From Candidatus Woesebacteria bacterium (GTDB lineage: Bacteria; Patescibacteriota; Microgenomatia; UBA1400; PJMF01), in the NCBI GenBank assembly GCA_050123235.1, contig JASFHL010000006.1, positions 1,707 to 65,706 on the forward strand: a DNA stretch of 64,000 nt, in the 5' to 3' direction. Below, piece by piece: positions 1 to 10,713 of this stretch; within the stretch, counting starts at the first letter, position 1; each line of letters opens with the position of its first letter. Made by a program: the position numbers and the translations under genes. Below the pieces are notes generated by a model. The model saw nothing but the letters and a program-made list of their open reading frames with translations, did no database searches and was not told where the DNA came from.

Positions 1-1111
1 GACTTTAGTTAATGCTGAAAGATTTATTACCCCTGAACTAAAAAAACATGAAGAAATTATTCTCTTGGCTGAAGAAAAAACTCAAAACATAGAATATCAG
101 ATTTTTTTAGATTTGATTGAAAAAATTTTAAAAAAAGTAAGTCAAGTTAAAAAAGCCGCTGAGCAAATTGCACTCTTAGATTATCTGCTTAATTTTGCCA
201 ACTTAGCAGAAAAACATCAATACTGTAAACCTAAACTTAACAATAATGGGAAATTAATAATCAGAGAGGGCAGACATCCAGTGGTGGAATCACTGGAAAA
301 AGAAAAACAATTTATCCCCAATGATAGTTATTTGAATCAAAAAGAAAATCAACTTTTGCTGATTACTGGCCCTAATATGGCAGGAAAATCTGTTTATATT
401 CGTCAAGTTGCGCTGATTGCTTTAATGGCTCATCTAGGCAGTTATGTCCCAGCTACAAAAGCTAATATTTGCCTTTTGGATAAAATTTTCGTGCGTAGTG
501 GCGCTAGTGACATGATTAGTGCAGGTTTATCTACTTTCATGTTGGAAATGGTGGAAGCAGCTTATATCTTAAATCATGCTACAAATGATAGCTTGATTAT
601 TATGGATGAAATCGGTCGTGGCACTAGCACTTATGATGGTATTAGCATTGCTTGGTCTATTGCACAATACCTAGTAAGTAAAAAAAGTAAACAGGCCAAA
701 ACTCTTTTTGCTACTCATTATCATGAACTTCAAGAATTGGCCACTAAATTCCCCAAAAAAATAAAAAACTTTCATCTTAAAATTGCCGAATACAATAATG
801 AGCCAATCTTTCTACACCAAGTAACTCCAGGTGGAGCTTCTCACAGTTTTGGCATAGCTGTAGCTAAATTAGCTGGTATTCCCGAAGAAGTAAGCAGTAA
901 TGCAAAACAGATTCTGCAGAAAATGGAGGCTAAACAAAGTTTTAAAGCTAAGTTAAAGCAAAGTAAAGCAAAATTAAGAGTAAAAACTCAAAAAAAATCA
1001 GAGTTGATAGATTTAATAAAAAGTATCAATATAGAACAGATGACTCCATTGAAAGCTTTAAATACCTTAGCAGAGATAATTAATAAAACAGAGAATAATG
1101 CCGAAAATTAA
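1..1111 (+). CDS. mutS: DNA mismatch repair protein MutS, C-terminal part (5' end lies upstream of window)
   Basis: Frame is open from nt 2. Walker A GPNMAGKS and DEIGRGTSTYDG motifs, then a THYHEL segment (MutS domain V). Confidence 0.9.
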   Translation, partial: TLVNAERFITPELKKHEEIILLAEEKTQNIEYQIFLDLIEKILKKVSQVKKAAEQIALLDYLLNFANLAEKHQYCKPKLNNNGKLIIREGRHPVVESLEKEKQFIPNDSYLNQKENQLLLITGPNMAGKSVYIRQVALIALMAHLGSYVPATKANICLLDKIFVRSGASDMISAGLSTFMLEMVEAAYILNHATNDSLIIMDEIGRGTSTYDGISIAWSIAQYLVSKKSKQAKTLFATHYHELQELATKFPKKIKNFHLKIAEYNNEPIFLHQVTPGGASHSFGIAVAKLAGIPEEVSSNAKQILQKMEAKQSFKAKLKQSKAKLRVKTQKKSELIDLIKSINIEQMTPLKALNTLAEIINKTENNAEN

Positions 1112-2807
1112 AATTCTATCTGAAGAACTACAAAATAAGATTGCTGCTGGTGAGGTAATTGAGCGTCCAGCGTCAGTGGTTAAAGAGCTAGTTGAGAACT
1201 CACTTGATGCTGGAGCTGATTCAATTAAAATCTTACTGGAAAATAGTGGTTTGAAAAGAATTGTAGTAGCTGATAATGGTTTAGGAATGGATAAGACAGA
1301 TTTAGAACTAGCAACTTTGGCTCATAGCACTAGTAAATTGGAAAAAACAGAAGATCTATTAGCGATTCAGTCTTTAGGTTTTAGGGGAGAAGCTTTGGCT
1401 AGTATCAGTCAAATTAGCCAGCTTAATATCAAAAGTAAAACTGATGAAGCTGAATTTGGTTCTGAATTAGAAAATTATGGGGGAAAAATTCAAACTCTAA
1501 AGCCAGTAGCTAGTACTACAGGTACTACAGTGATTGTTGAAAACTTATTTTACAGTGTACCAGTGAGAAAAAAATTTTTGAAATCTCTTGCTACTGAACT
1601 GAGAAAAGTCATACAGATAGTTAGTTATTTTGCTTTAGCTCATGCTGATAAGAGATTTTTTCTCTCTCATAATGGAAAAACTGTTTTGGACCTTCCTCCT
1701 CAGAGTATTGAGCTGAGGATCAGTAATTTATTAGGTAGAGCAACTTTTCTAAATTTGATCCCTCTAAGTAATAATGACCCTTACTTTTCCATATCAGGTT
1801 TTATTTCTAAACCACAAATTGCTAGAAAATCTCGTAGAAAACAATTTTTCTTTGTCAATCAACGGCCAATTAAAAACAAAATTTTTTCTGCTGTGATCAA
1901 GCAAAGTTATAGTGATCTATTGGAAAAAACAGTTTATCCACCATTTATTATTTTTCTAAAATCTCCTTTTGAAAACGTTGATGTAAATATCCATCCTAGA
2001 AAAGAAGAAGTTAAATTTCTAGATGATCAAAATCTTATTGACTTGACAAAAAAAACCATTCAGCAAACTTTAGAGCAGGCGAATTTAAGTTTCCAAAACA
2101 ATGCCCATCACTTTATTTATCAAACACAACAAACACAAAAAAGACAATACAAACTTAAAGATCATAATCAGCTATCTGTCACTAAAAAACTATTGAAAAA
2201 AAATCTAAAACCTTGGCTTAATCAAGGAAAGGAGCAAGATATAGAGATTAGTCAAATTAATGGATTATATCTAGTTCAAGAAACTGCCACTGGCTTAATC
2301 ATCATTGATCAACATGCAGCTCATGAACGAATCTTATACGAGGAATTAAGTGACAGTTTTAAAAAACAATCTCTAGCGAAAATTAAACTCAGTAAAACTA
2401 TTCTTCTAGAGCTTTCTGTCACAGAAGCTGAACTTCTGAAAGAAAATCTTGAAAAATTTAGAAACTTAGCCTTTGAGATTGATCATTTTTATGAAAATAC
2501 TTTTAAAGTAACAGCTATACCCAAAATTTTACAAAAAAGGAATATCAGTAAAATCATTAATGAATTATTAGACGATATCGCTCAAAATAGAGAACTTGAG
2601 ACCATTGACTTACAGAGTAAAAAACTAATTAAATATTTAGCTTGCCGCAGCGCTATCAAAGCTGGCGATTATCTGAACCAGGCAGAAAGAAAAAAGTTGA
2701 TTGCTGAATTAAAAAAAACAAAATCACCTTATACCTGTCCTCATGGCAGACCTGCTTTTATTGAAATTAGCTTTGAGGAACTAGCAAAGATGTTTAGCAG
2801 AACTTAA
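1098..2807 (+). CDS. mutL: DNA mismatch repair protein MutL
   Basis: N-terminal GHKL ATPase signature: AAGEVIERPASVVKELVENSLDAGA. Start overlaps mutS stop. Confidence 0.9.
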   Translation: MPKIKILSEELQNKIAAGEVIERPASVVKELVENSLDAGADSIKILLENSGLKRIVVADNGLGMDKTDLELATLAHSTSKLEKTEDLLAIQSLGFRGEALASISQISQLNIKSKTDEAEFGSELENYGGKIQTLKPVASTTGTTVIVENLFYSVPVRKKFLKSLATELRKVIQIVSYFALAHADKRFFLSHNGKTVLDLPPQSIELRISNLLGRATFLNLIPLSNNDPYFSISGFISKPQIARKSRRKQFFFVNQRPIKNKIFSAVIKQSYSDLLEKTVYPPFIIFLKSPFENVDVNIHPRKEEVKFLDDQNLIDLTKKTIQQTLEQANLSFQNNAHHFIYQTQQTQKRQYKLKDHNQLSVTKKLLKKNLKPWLNQGKEQDIEISQINGLYLVQETATGLIIIDQHAAHERILYEELSDSFKKQSLAKIKLSKTILLELSVTEAELLKENLEKFRNLAFEIDHFYENTFKVTAIPKILQKRNISKIINELLDDIAQNRELETIDLQSKKLIKYLACRSAIKAGDYLNQAERKKLIAELKKTKSPYTCPHGRPAFIEISFEELAKMFSRT

Positions 2808-4444
2808 TATAATTTTTCCAAATACTCCTTCATCATCCTTTGAGCGCCAAATTGTCCAGCTAAGGAAACTGACTTCTTCATCATTTTTAGCCACTGTTCA
2901 GGAACTCCTACAGCGTTTCTGTCATAAAAAACTGGAATTATTTTTCCTTCCAGTTTTTCATACAAGTCATCGCTAACCCGTTTGCTGTCAATCATCCAAC
3001 CGGTTTCTGCCCAATCCACTTCATTAGCCCAACCATCATCCACAGTAGCTTGCAAAACTCCATTGGAGATGGCTTTCATCCCTGAGGTACCACAAGCTTC
3101 TTTACCCCACTCAGGAATATTTAGCCAAAGGTCTGAACCTTTGACCAATTTATTAGCTATATCTAGATTATAGTCAGGAATAAAAATGGCAGAACCAGCT
3201 AATTCTCTAGCCATCTGTTTAATAATTTTTTGTAGACGAATTTTGCCAGCAGAATCTAATAAATGAGCTTTACCTGATATTAGAAGCTGAACCGGCTTTT
3301 CTTGATTTTTAAGAACTGATCTTAGTCTTTCTAGATCCCGAAAAATAGCATCCAGTCTTTTATAGCCAGCGATTCTTTTAGCCCAAGTAATAACTAGTTG
3401 CTTTTCATCATAGCTAAAACCTGTATGCTTTAAAACAAAATCAGCTAACTCTTTCTTTTTTTTCAAATGAACGTGCCATAATTCATCAGTTTTTAGATTT
3501 GCCTGCCTAACTTCCTGATCTTGCCAGGTAGGCAAGTGAACTCCGTTTGTAACATTAACCCAGTCATAACTAGGCCAACGCTCCTTTGAAAGCTTGGTAT
3601 GCAGTTTACTAACACCATTAGCTCTTCTTGATTTCCTCAAGGCAAAATCAGTCATAGAAAAATACTTTTCTTCACTTTCTGCTGTAACACCAGGTTCCAA
3701 TAATTGATCTAACTCTATTCCCATTCTTTCGGCATAATAGGCTGCATATCTTTTCAAAAGAGTTAAATTAATATTATTATTGCCAGCTGCTACTAAGGTA
3801 TGATTGGTATAAACAGTTTTATCTTTAATTAATTGACTGGCTTCGGTGTAACTCAAACCATGATCATTCATAGATTCCCTAGTCAATTGCCAATGAATAA
3901 AAGCGGGTCTGCCTTCGTTAATATGAAAAACAGCTGGATGAATACCTAAGATTTTGAGCAACTTAATTCCGCCCATACCTAAAATGAATTGTTGTTTTAA
4001 AACACTTTCCTCAGTGCCGGCATAAAGTGTGTGAGTAATGCTTCGCTCTGAAAGTTGATTTTGATCAGTATCTGTATCCAAGAGATAAAGTGTTACTTGA
4101 TCACTAATAGTTTTTTTCCAAACTCTAGCCCAGATGGCTAATTCAGTAAGATGTATTCTTACAAAAACTGGTTGATTATCTAAATAAACATGTTCTAAAC
4201 CAGCAGACAAAGGATCAAAGTCCATATCTTTTTCCTCTTGCATACCTTGATCATTAATAAACTGAATAGCGCGTTCCCCTCGATATAACAAGCCAATAGC
4301 TACTAAAGGTAAACTTAAATCAACAGCTGCTTTGAGCGTATCCCCAGCTAAGACCCCTAAACCACCAGCATAAAGCGGTAGATTGCTCTGAAGACCATAT
4401 TCAGCACAAAAATAGGCAATTGGGTTTTGAGGGGTGATTTTCAT
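2804..4444 (-). CDS. alpha-glucan (glycogen/maltodextrin) phosphorylase, GT35 family, short form
   Basis: N-terminal AYFCAEYGL...YAGGLGVLAGD and C-terminal EACGTSGMK motifs typical of GT35 phosphorylases. Confidence 0.8.
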   Translation of the reverse strand: MKITPQNPIAYFCAEYGLQSNLPLYAGGLGVLAGDTLKAAVDLSLPLVAIGLLYRGERAIQFINDQGMQEEKDMDFDPLSAGLEHVYLDNQPVFVRIHLTELAIWARVWKKTISDQVTLYLLDTDTDQNQLSERSITHTLYAGTEESVLKQQFILGMGGIKLLKILGIHPAVFHINEGRPAFIHWQLTRESMNDHGLSYTEASQLIKDKTVYTNHTLVAAGNNNINLTLLKRYAAYYAERMGIELDQLLEPGVTAESEEKYFSMTDFALRKSRRANGVSKLHTKLSKERWPSYDWVNVTNGVHLPTWQDQEVRQANLKTDELWHVHLKKKKELADFVLKHTGFSYDEKQLVITWAKRIAGYKRLDAIFRDLERLRSVLKNQEKPVQLLISGKAHLLDSAGKIRLQKIIKQMARELAGSAIFIPDYNLDIANKLVKGSDLWLNIPEWGKEACGTSGMKAISNGVLQATVDDGWANEVDWAETGWMIDSKRVSDDLYEKLEGKIIPVFYDRNAVGVPEQWLKMMKKSVSLAGQFGAQRMMKEYLEKLY

Positions 4445-4515
4445 AGTAATAATTAAACTATTAATAGATGATTTTTATCAAGTAGGGAAGTTTATATTTA
4501 AAATATAAACTTAAT

Positions 4516-4962
4516 TTAACGAATAAAAAAGGCTGTTTTGAAAAAGTAATTTACAGATTTACCTTCCGTTTTTTGTTCATAAGCTTCTATAACATCAACT
4601 TGAGTATTTCTAACAGAGATAGATCTTAAACGAAAAAAATGATTATCTAGATAAGCCATTTTAAATATATCTTTAGATAAGGGTTTCCAAATTTCTAAAT
4701 AATAAATTTGAGTAAAACCTTTTTCTTTTGCCTGCTCTAAAATTAACCACAGTTCTTTCAAATCTGATATATGCTCTTTTGCAAAAGGCTTATCACCATA
4801 TTCAGCTTTTAATTGGCCTAGTAAAAAATTAGTTTTAATAGGTGATAAAGGTGGTTTATCGTTTAGATCTGGATCCTCTCCTGCCGAACCATATCTATAT
4901 CCACCACTTCCTTCTATCGAAGAGGGGAATTGTTCATCAGAGCTTTTGAAAAACATAATCAA
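4516..4962 (-). CDS. hypothetical protein
   Basis: ORF packed in a co-directional gene run; no recognisable motif. Confidence 0.4.
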   Translation of the reverse strand: MIMFFKSSDEQFPSSIEGSGGYRYGSAGEDPDLNDKPPLSPIKTNFLLGQLKAEYGDKPFAKEHISDLKELWLILEQAKEKGFTQIYYLEIWKPLSKDIFKMAYLDNHFFRLRSISVRNTQVDVIEAYEQKTEGKSVNYFFKTAFFIR

Positions 4963-4966
4963 TTTC

Positions 4967-5848
4967 CTACATTTTCTTTTTATTTTTTAATTCATCCCAT
5001 GATAACAAAATTGGCACTGCTGTGAAAGTGCTAGAGTAAGTACCAGTTATAGCACCAATTAAGAGAGCAATTGCAAACCAGCGGATTGTCTCTCCTCCCA
5101 AGATTACTAGAGCTAGAAGCATCAAAATAATGGTTACACTGTTGTTAATAGAACGAGCTAGAGTTTCTAAAACTGCCACATTGGCTATGGTTTCTAGATT
5201 TTCTTTGTGATGTCTTTTTCGTAATTCTCTAATACGATCAAAAACCACGATAGTATCGTGAATTGAAAAAGACAAAGTAGTCAAAACAGCTGTCACAAAT
5301 AAGACGTCAACTTCTACTTTGAAAAAGTAGCCTAGCAAGCTAAAACTCCCTAATAAAATCAAAGAATCATGAAACATGGCTAAAATAGCACTTAGTCCAA
5401 ATTTTAATTCATCAAATTGGCGCCAAACGTAAATTGTAATAAAAATGGATAAAATCAAAACAGCAGCGAGTGTTTTGACTAATAATTCTTTTCCTAAAGT
5501 TGGGCCAACTGTTTCAAAACGTATTTCTTCAAGCTCAGCATAACTTTCAACTATTTTTGTCAAAACTTGCTCTTTTTGTTCTTGTTTAATAGCTTTGCCT
5601 CTAAGAATGAATTGGTTAAAACCAGAACGTTGAACACTACTGATTGTGTAAATTTCATTAAGTTTATTTTCTAATTCTTCTTGTTTTAAAATAATTTCAT
5701 CATTGCTTTTCAATCTTAATTCCAATAAAGAGCCACCAGTAAAATCAATCGAAGGTTTTAAACCGAAAAAAATTAAAGATAAAATTCCTGGTATAAGGAA
5801 AAATAGAGAAACGGCAAAATAGAATTTCTTAAAACGCATTAAATTCAT
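4967..5848 (-). CDS. secF: protein translocase subunit SecF
   Basis: Multi-TM protein with a SecF-like C-terminal region (FVTAVLTTLSFSIHDTIVVFDRIRE). Immediately follows secD. Confidence 0.85.
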   Translation of the reverse strand: MNLMRFKKFYFAVSLFFLIPGILSLIFFGLKPSIDFTGGSLLELRLKSNDEIILKQEELENKLNEIYTISSVQRSGFNQFILRGKAIKQEQKEQVLTKIVESYAELEEIRFETVGPTLGKELLVKTLAAVLILSIFITIYVWRQFDELKFGLSAILAMFHDSLILLGSFSLLGYFFKVEVDVLFVTAVLTTLSFSIHDTIVVFDRIRELRKRHHKENLETIANVAVLETLARSINNSVTIILMLLALVILGGETIRWFAIALLIGAITGTYSSTFTAVPILLSWDELKNKKKM

Positions 5849-7314
5849 GAATTTGAGCTCTCCTCAATTAGTTTTTTAGCTAAAATAGGCATCAAGATTC
5901 TCATTAAAGTACGAGTGACCACAATGCCTGTAAATAAACTGATAATCACACCTATTAATAGAGTAATCCCAAAGCCTCTCACTAAACCGCTGCTGTTTAA
6001 AAAACGAAAATTAAGAGGATTAATTAGTACTAAAGCAGTTAAAATGGTGGCTAAATTGGCATCTTTAATACTATCCCAGGCTCTACCAAAACCTAATTCT
6101 AATGCCCGATCAGCTGCCTGACCCACTCGCAATTCTTCTTTCATTCTTTCAAAAATTAAAATATTGGCATCAACAGCCATACCAATAGTTAGAATCAAAC
6201 CTGCTATGCCAGGCAAAGTTAAAGTCACTCCCAATACTTTATAAGTAGCGATGGAAAGAATTGCATAAATCAATAAAGCAAGATCAGCGACTAAACCTTT
6301 CCAGCCATAATAAAGCAGCATAAATAACATTACTAAACTTAAACCAATCACTCCGGCTCTAATACTTTGCTTAACAGATAATTCCCCTAGGCTAGCTCCA
6401 ATTGTTCTTTGTTCCAAAACTTCAACTGGCACTGGCATAGCTCCAGCATTAAGCTGGATGGACAATTCTTTAGCTTGATTTAAATCAAAATTGCCAGAAA
6501 TAACTGCTACTCCATCAAGAATAGCCGTATTGATTCGAGGAGTGGTCACTGGCACATCATCAATGAAGATGGCTAGAACTTCACCAACATTCTCAGAGGT
6601 AATCTTAGCAAATAGTTCTTTGCCTTGATCATTAAATTCCATCATCACCACAGGTTCACCTGTTTGAGGATCAAATTGTGCTTGCGCCTTTTTTAATTCT
6701 TTACCTGTTAACTCAGTTTTTTCAAAATTTTCAAAAAAATTAAGTTTTGTTTTAAGCAATTCTGCTGAATCTGAAGCCTGACTTGCTGACGCTGAAGCTT
6801 TTGCTTCTGAATCAAACTCTGACTCTTCTTTTCTTAGCTCAAGAGCTGTACTTTTTTCTAATCTAAAATCTAGTTGAGCAGTCTTACCGACTAAGCTTAG
6901 AGCTTGATTGGGATCATCTACTCCAGCTAATTCAACTATAATACGATAATCATCTTCTCCAGCTTTGGCAGTTTGCACCACTGGTTCGTTAATGCCATAC
7001 AAGTCAACTCTTTTCAAAATTATATTTTTGGCAGATTCAAGTGCTGTTTCTCTATTAATTTCTTCTATCTCTGACATATCAGCTTTAAGAATTACTTGCA
7101 TACCTCCTTGAATATCCAAACCTTTTTTCAAAATAAATTCCTTATGGATATATTTACCAAATAGAAAAAATTTTATTTGTGGAAGCTCAATTTGTTTTTT
7201 AAACTCTTTATCTAAAAAATTAAAATTTAAAACAAACTGAGCTGGCAACGCAATATAGAGTGAAACAATTGTCAAGACAATGATTAAAACTAAAACACGA
7301 AATGATTTTTTCAT
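5845..7314 (-). CDS. secD: protein translocase subunit SecD
   Basis: GLDIQGGMQVILKAD motif. Periplasmic domain followed by a 6-TM C-terminus; overlaps secF. Confidence 0.85.
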   Translation of the reverse strand: MKKSFRVLVLIIVLTIVSLYIALPAQFVLNFNFLDKEFKKQIELPQIKFFLFGKYIHKEFILKKGLDIQGGMQVILKADMSEIEEINRETALESAKNIILKRVDLYGINEPVVQTAKAGEDDYRIIVELAGVDDPNQALSLVGKTAQLDFRLEKSTALELRKEESEFDSEAKASASASQASDSAELLKTKLNFFENFEKTELTGKELKKAQAQFDPQTGEPVVMMEFNDQGKELFAKITSENVGEVLAIFIDDVPVTTPRINTAILDGVAVISGNFDLNQAKELSIQLNAGAMPVPVEVLEQRTIGASLGELSVKQSIRAGVIGLSLVMLFMLLYYGWKGLVADLALLIYAILSIATYKVLGVTLTLPGIAGLILTIGMAVDANILIFERMKEELRVGQAADRALELGFGRAWDSIKDANLATILTALVLINPLNFRFLNSSGLVRGFGITLLIGVIISLFTGIVVTRTLMRILMPILAKKLIEESSNS

Positions 7315-7316
7315 TT

Positions 7317-7916
7317 TTATTTAAGGGGTAACTTTCTTTCTGCAAATTCATCTTCATCACCAATAATCATAATACGAGTGCTATATAAAATATCCATGAT
7401 AAAAGGATCACGCCTAGTTTTTCTAAACTCAAATTCATCATGGCTAAAAACAGCATAATTGATCTCTCGCTCAAGCTTTTTCTCTTGTTCTTTAATCAGT
7501 TGTTCTAACTCTGGCAAAACAACATCACCAATTACTAAAATATCTACTTCATCCTTCATAGGTCTTAAACCACGAGTAAATTTTCCAGAAAACATCACAA
7601 ATTCTAGTGAACCTAACTTTCTTCTCATCCTTCTAAGCTTTTTACCTAAACCAGTGCTCTTAGCTACCATCTGCTGCAGTTCTTGGAAATACAAATATCT
7701 TTTATTTAAAAAATAATAAAGCCTATTGCCTCTTTCTTCACTTTTCAAAATTCCGCAATCAAGCATTCTGTCTAATTCTCTTCTAACAGCATTGATTTCT
7801 TCTTTAACCAACCTCGTTACTTGTCTCACATAAAACATTTCTTCAGCGTTTTGAAAGAAAAGTTCCATCATTTTTACTCTGACTCTAGAGATCATGAAAT
7901 CTTTGAGACTAGTCAT
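7317..7916 (-). CDS. winged-helix / minimal nucleotidyltransferase (Pol-beta superfamily) domain protein
   Basis: C-terminal FSGKFTRG...DEVDILVIGD resembles the GS-x-RG...DiDilV nucleotidyltransferase motif. N-terminus is HTH-like. Confidence 0.4.
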   Translation of the reverse strand: MTSLKDFMISRVRVKMMELFFQNAEEMFYVRQVTRLVKEEINAVRRELDRMLDCGILKSEERGNRLYYFLNKRYLYFQELQQMVAKSTGLGKKLRRMRRKLGSLEFVMFSGKFTRGLRPMKDEVDILVIGDVVLPELEQLIKEQEKKLEREINYAVFSHDEFEFRKTRRDPFIMDILYSTRIMIIGDEDEFAERKLPLK

Positions 7917-7989
7917 AGCAATCCCTCTAAAAAAGATTAGTTTTTGTACTCAGATTGTAAGAAGAGATTTAAAAAATAGCAAGAGTAAA

Positions 7990-9219
7990 TTAATAAACTA
8001 CTTCATTATCTTTTGGCAAAATCGAAATCCAAGTTAAACCTCTTGCTAATTCAATGTCATTGCCTTTTTTATCAAGAAATTTTAATTCTGATTCGCGTTC
8101 TTCCTTGGACCAGACTGCTTCAATTGCTTCTCCATTTTTAAAAATTAAAGCTTTGCCTGTGCCAATAGTGCCATAAAGAACATGCTTTTTCTCATTAATA
8201 GGACCTTTTTCTGTGGTCAAAATCACAATCACATTACTGGCAGCAACTTGTTTATTATTATTATGATCTTTATGAGGCTGTCCAGCCATACTTCTTAGAT
8301 AAGCATTAGTTTCCAAGTCATAATCCCATTGGACAGTATAATCACCGCCAATACCATTATCCCAAAATTGATAGGAAACTTTTTTGACATCTCCAGCTTC
8401 TCCTGGTTCTTCTTCAAAAACCCACCCTTCATAACCTTCTTTCCAGTCAGTGCCACCGACTGTCTTTCTGCCAATCGTTCGTTCTGGTGAAATATTAGTC
8501 CATTCTCTTTTTTCAGCTACCTTCCACAACCTTTCAGTAGAAGTAACTCCAGTATGTTCAGTAGCCACATCTTTACTTAGACGATTATAATCTTTGTAAT
8601 AAGTAGGATAACCAAGCGTAAAACCTAAGTTCATGTCATTGTTTAAATTCCAACCATATTCTCTAATCTGACCTAAAGCATCACTAGGACCGGCAACATT
8701 AGCTCCACCCACGTGAACATACATTGGCTCATTAAAACCAGAGGCATAATCAATAAAATAGGTTCTAGCACTACGCACTGGAGCAATCATTACATCATGA
8801 GATTGAGCATCGCAATAATAAATCAACATAAAACGAGTTACCCCACCTTCGGCCACAGCTTCAAAAGCAATATCAACATTTGAAACACCAGATTGAGGCC
8901 TGGCATCAGGATGATTTTCTACCATCACTGCTAAAGGTCTTCTTTTTTGCCATGCCTCTTGCTCTATATCAGTAAAATATTTACCATTCAAGGGGCAAAC
9001 CTTGTCTTTAGGAGCATTAGGATCTATTTCAAGTAAAGTGGCTAAAGGCTCAGCTTCTATGCCTTCATCTTCTACTGGGCCAGTAACTGGCCTAGTGGTT
9101 TCTGGGCCAGCAAAAAAAGATAAAGCTGTAAAAGAAGTTAAAGCTGATACTATATATAAGACTAAAGCTAAAATTAAATTTTTTTTCTGCATTAATATCC
9201 TTTCACAAATTCTTGACAA
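7990..9219 (-). CDS. secreted DUF3048 (YerB-like) family protein
   Basis: N-terminal TM/signal, then RRPLAVMVENHPDARPQSGVSNVDIAFEAVAEGGVTRF and APVRSARTYFIDYA. Match to DUF3048 is from memory. Confidence 0.55.
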   Translation of the reverse strand: MSRICERILMQKKNLILALVLYIVSALTSFTALSFFAGPETTRPVTGPVEDEGIEAEPLATLLEIDPNAPKDKVCPLNGKYFTDIEQEAWQKRRPLAVMVENHPDARPQSGVSNVDIAFEAVAEGGVTRFMLIYYCDAQSHDVMIAPVRSARTYFIDYASGFNEPMYVHVGGANVAGPSDALGQIREYGWNLNNDMNLGFTLGYPTYYKDYNRLSKDVATEHTGVTSTERLWKVAEKREWTNISPERTIGRKTVGGTDWKEGYEGWVFEEEPGEAGDVKKVSYQFWDNGIGGDYTVQWDYDLETNAYLRSMAGQPHKDHNNNKQVAASNVIVILTTEKGPINEKKHVLYGTIGTGKALIFKNGEAIEAVWSKEERESELKFLDKKGNDIELARGLTWISILPKDNEVVY

Positions 9220-9287
9220 GTATTATTTTTACCATAAATAATTTAAATTAGGAATTCTTAAAATAAAATCATCAAGATCAAGCTTTT

Positions 9288-9554
9288 TTATAGATAAAAC
9301 TTAATAATCAACAAAATGATAACTGTGATAGCAGTAACTAAGATTGTTTTTCTTAAATCTTGATAGATCAACTTAATATCAAAACCAAAAATTTTATTTA
9401 AACTAGCAGTCATTTGCTGACTGCTTTTGTCCGCTGATCCGTTATTTAAGTTCCTTTCTTTTTGTCTATTATCTAACAAAGTAGCTGCTTTGGCTACTAG
9501 CTTTCTTTTTTTACTAATCTTCTGTTTTTGTCGTCTGGTTCTCTTTTTAGCCAT
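9288..9554 (-). CDS. small tail-anchored hypothetical protein
   Basis: Basic N-terminus and a C-terminal TM helix. Overlaps rseP start. Confidence 0.3.
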   Translation of the reverse strand: MAKKRTRRQKQKISKKRKLVAKAATLLDNRQKERNLNNGSADKSSQQMTASLNKIFGFDIKLIYQDLRKTILVTAITVIILLIIKFYL

Positions 9555-10713
9555 TGAAAATTCCCCAAATATCTTTAATCGTCACTAAGATTAATAAGGC
9601 AAATAATAAGGCAAAACCACCATAATTGGCAAAGTTCTCAATTTTCTCTATTCGTTTTTTACCTAGCATTTTTTCTAAAAAAATAAATAGTGCTCTACCT
9701 CCATCTAGAGCAGGAATAGGTAAAAGATTCATAATTGCTAAGTTGATAGAGAGCATGGCTGAAAAAGTTAAAATTGAAACCCAACCGCTGGCAGCCAAAT
9801 CTACTTTATGAGCTTGGTGAACAATCCCAACCGGCCCAGCTATATCTTGAGGAATTCCAGCTCCAAGAAAAATGTCAAGCAACATTTTAGACAAAAACAT
9901 AATAATCATTGCTCCCATCATCACAGCTTCTGTTAAACCATAGAAAATCCCTCTAAATGGTCTTTCTAAAATAGGATAAAATTTAAAATAAGCCTCAGCA
10001 AAGACAATTCCCATTGAACCTTGCCCTTCAGGTGTTTCTTCTATTGTTCTTAAATAAACATCAAATTCTTGATTAGCATCCTCACAACTAAGTTCATAAC
10101 AAGGACCACTAGTAACAAGAGTAACTCTATTGCCCCGATATTTATCAATTACCTCTGCAGCTTCAGTAATATTATTTATCGAATGAAACTCATCTCCAAA
10201 CTTAATAGCCTTGATATTCACATTAGTTGGTAAATTAGCTTGAGCAGCAGGAGTATCTGGCATAACCTGTTCTATTCTAGCTTGTCCTTCCAAAAAAACA
10301 GGAATACCTATAAAGGAAAAAATAATTGAAAAAGCTAGCACTCCATATAAAAAATTAATAATTGGTCCTGCTAAAATTACAGCAATTCTTTGTTTCTTTG
10401 ATTTTTCATAAAAAGCAGAACCATTTTTTTTAATCAGAAGTTGTTTTTTACTTAATTTCTTTTTTAACTGTTTTTCTTTTTTTTCTTCCTGCTTTGGGCC
10501 ATCTTCCCCTTCTAATCTGACAAAGCCTCCAAAAGGAATAGCATTTAAAGTAAAAGCAGTCCCTTTCCATTCAAATAATTTAAGTAGTTTTGGGGGATAA
10601 CCAAAGCCAAACTCTTCGACATTAATCTTGTTTTTTTTTGCAAGTAAAAAATGACCCAGCTCGTGGATCATAATTAAAAAAGAAATTATGAAAATAACAA
10701 TTAAAATGGACAT
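9547..10713 (-). CDS. rseP: RIP zinc metalloprotease RseP (site-2 protease, M50)
   Basis: HELGH zinc motif in TM1, a PDZ-like middle region and a C-terminal LPIPALDGG motif. Confidence 0.85.
   Translation of the reverse strand: MSILIVIFIISFLIMIHELGHFLLAKKNKINVEEFGFGYPPKLLKLFEWKGTAFTLNAIPFGGFVRLEGEDGPKQEEKKEKQLKKKLSKKQLLIKKNGSAFYEKSKKQRIAVILAGPIINFLYGVLAFSIIFSFIGIPVFLEGQARIEQVMPDTPAAQANLPTNVNIKAIKFGDEFHSINNITEAAEVIDKYRGNRVTLVTSGPCYELSCEDANQEFDVYLRTIEETPEGQGSMGIVFAEAYFKFYPILERPFRGIFYGLTEAVMMGAMIIMFLSKMLLDIFLGAGIPQDIAGPVGIVHQAHKVDLAASGWVSILTFSAMLSINLAIMNLLPIPALDGGRALFIFLEKMLGKKRIEKIENFANYGGFALLFALLILVTIKDIWGIFNG

Noticed and set aside
2982-3173. Short six-frame ORFs lying antisense or out of frame inside well-supported genes. 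This one is typical; others include 5915-6121, 7459-7716, 9002-9241, 18101-18313, 24113-24568, 26337-26585, 38211-38441, 41327-41518, 49564-49785, 52784-53122 and 56595-56780.
   Set aside because: They sit entirely within longer ORFs that have clear family signatures and show no motif of their own. They are spurious in AT-rich sequence.
4489-4513. Perfect 25-nt AT-only palindrome AAGTTTATATTT-A-AAATATAAACTT upstream of the phosphorylase gene.
   Set aside because: AT-only palindromes arise readily in AT-rich DNA. No adjacent U-tract or conserved partner was found.
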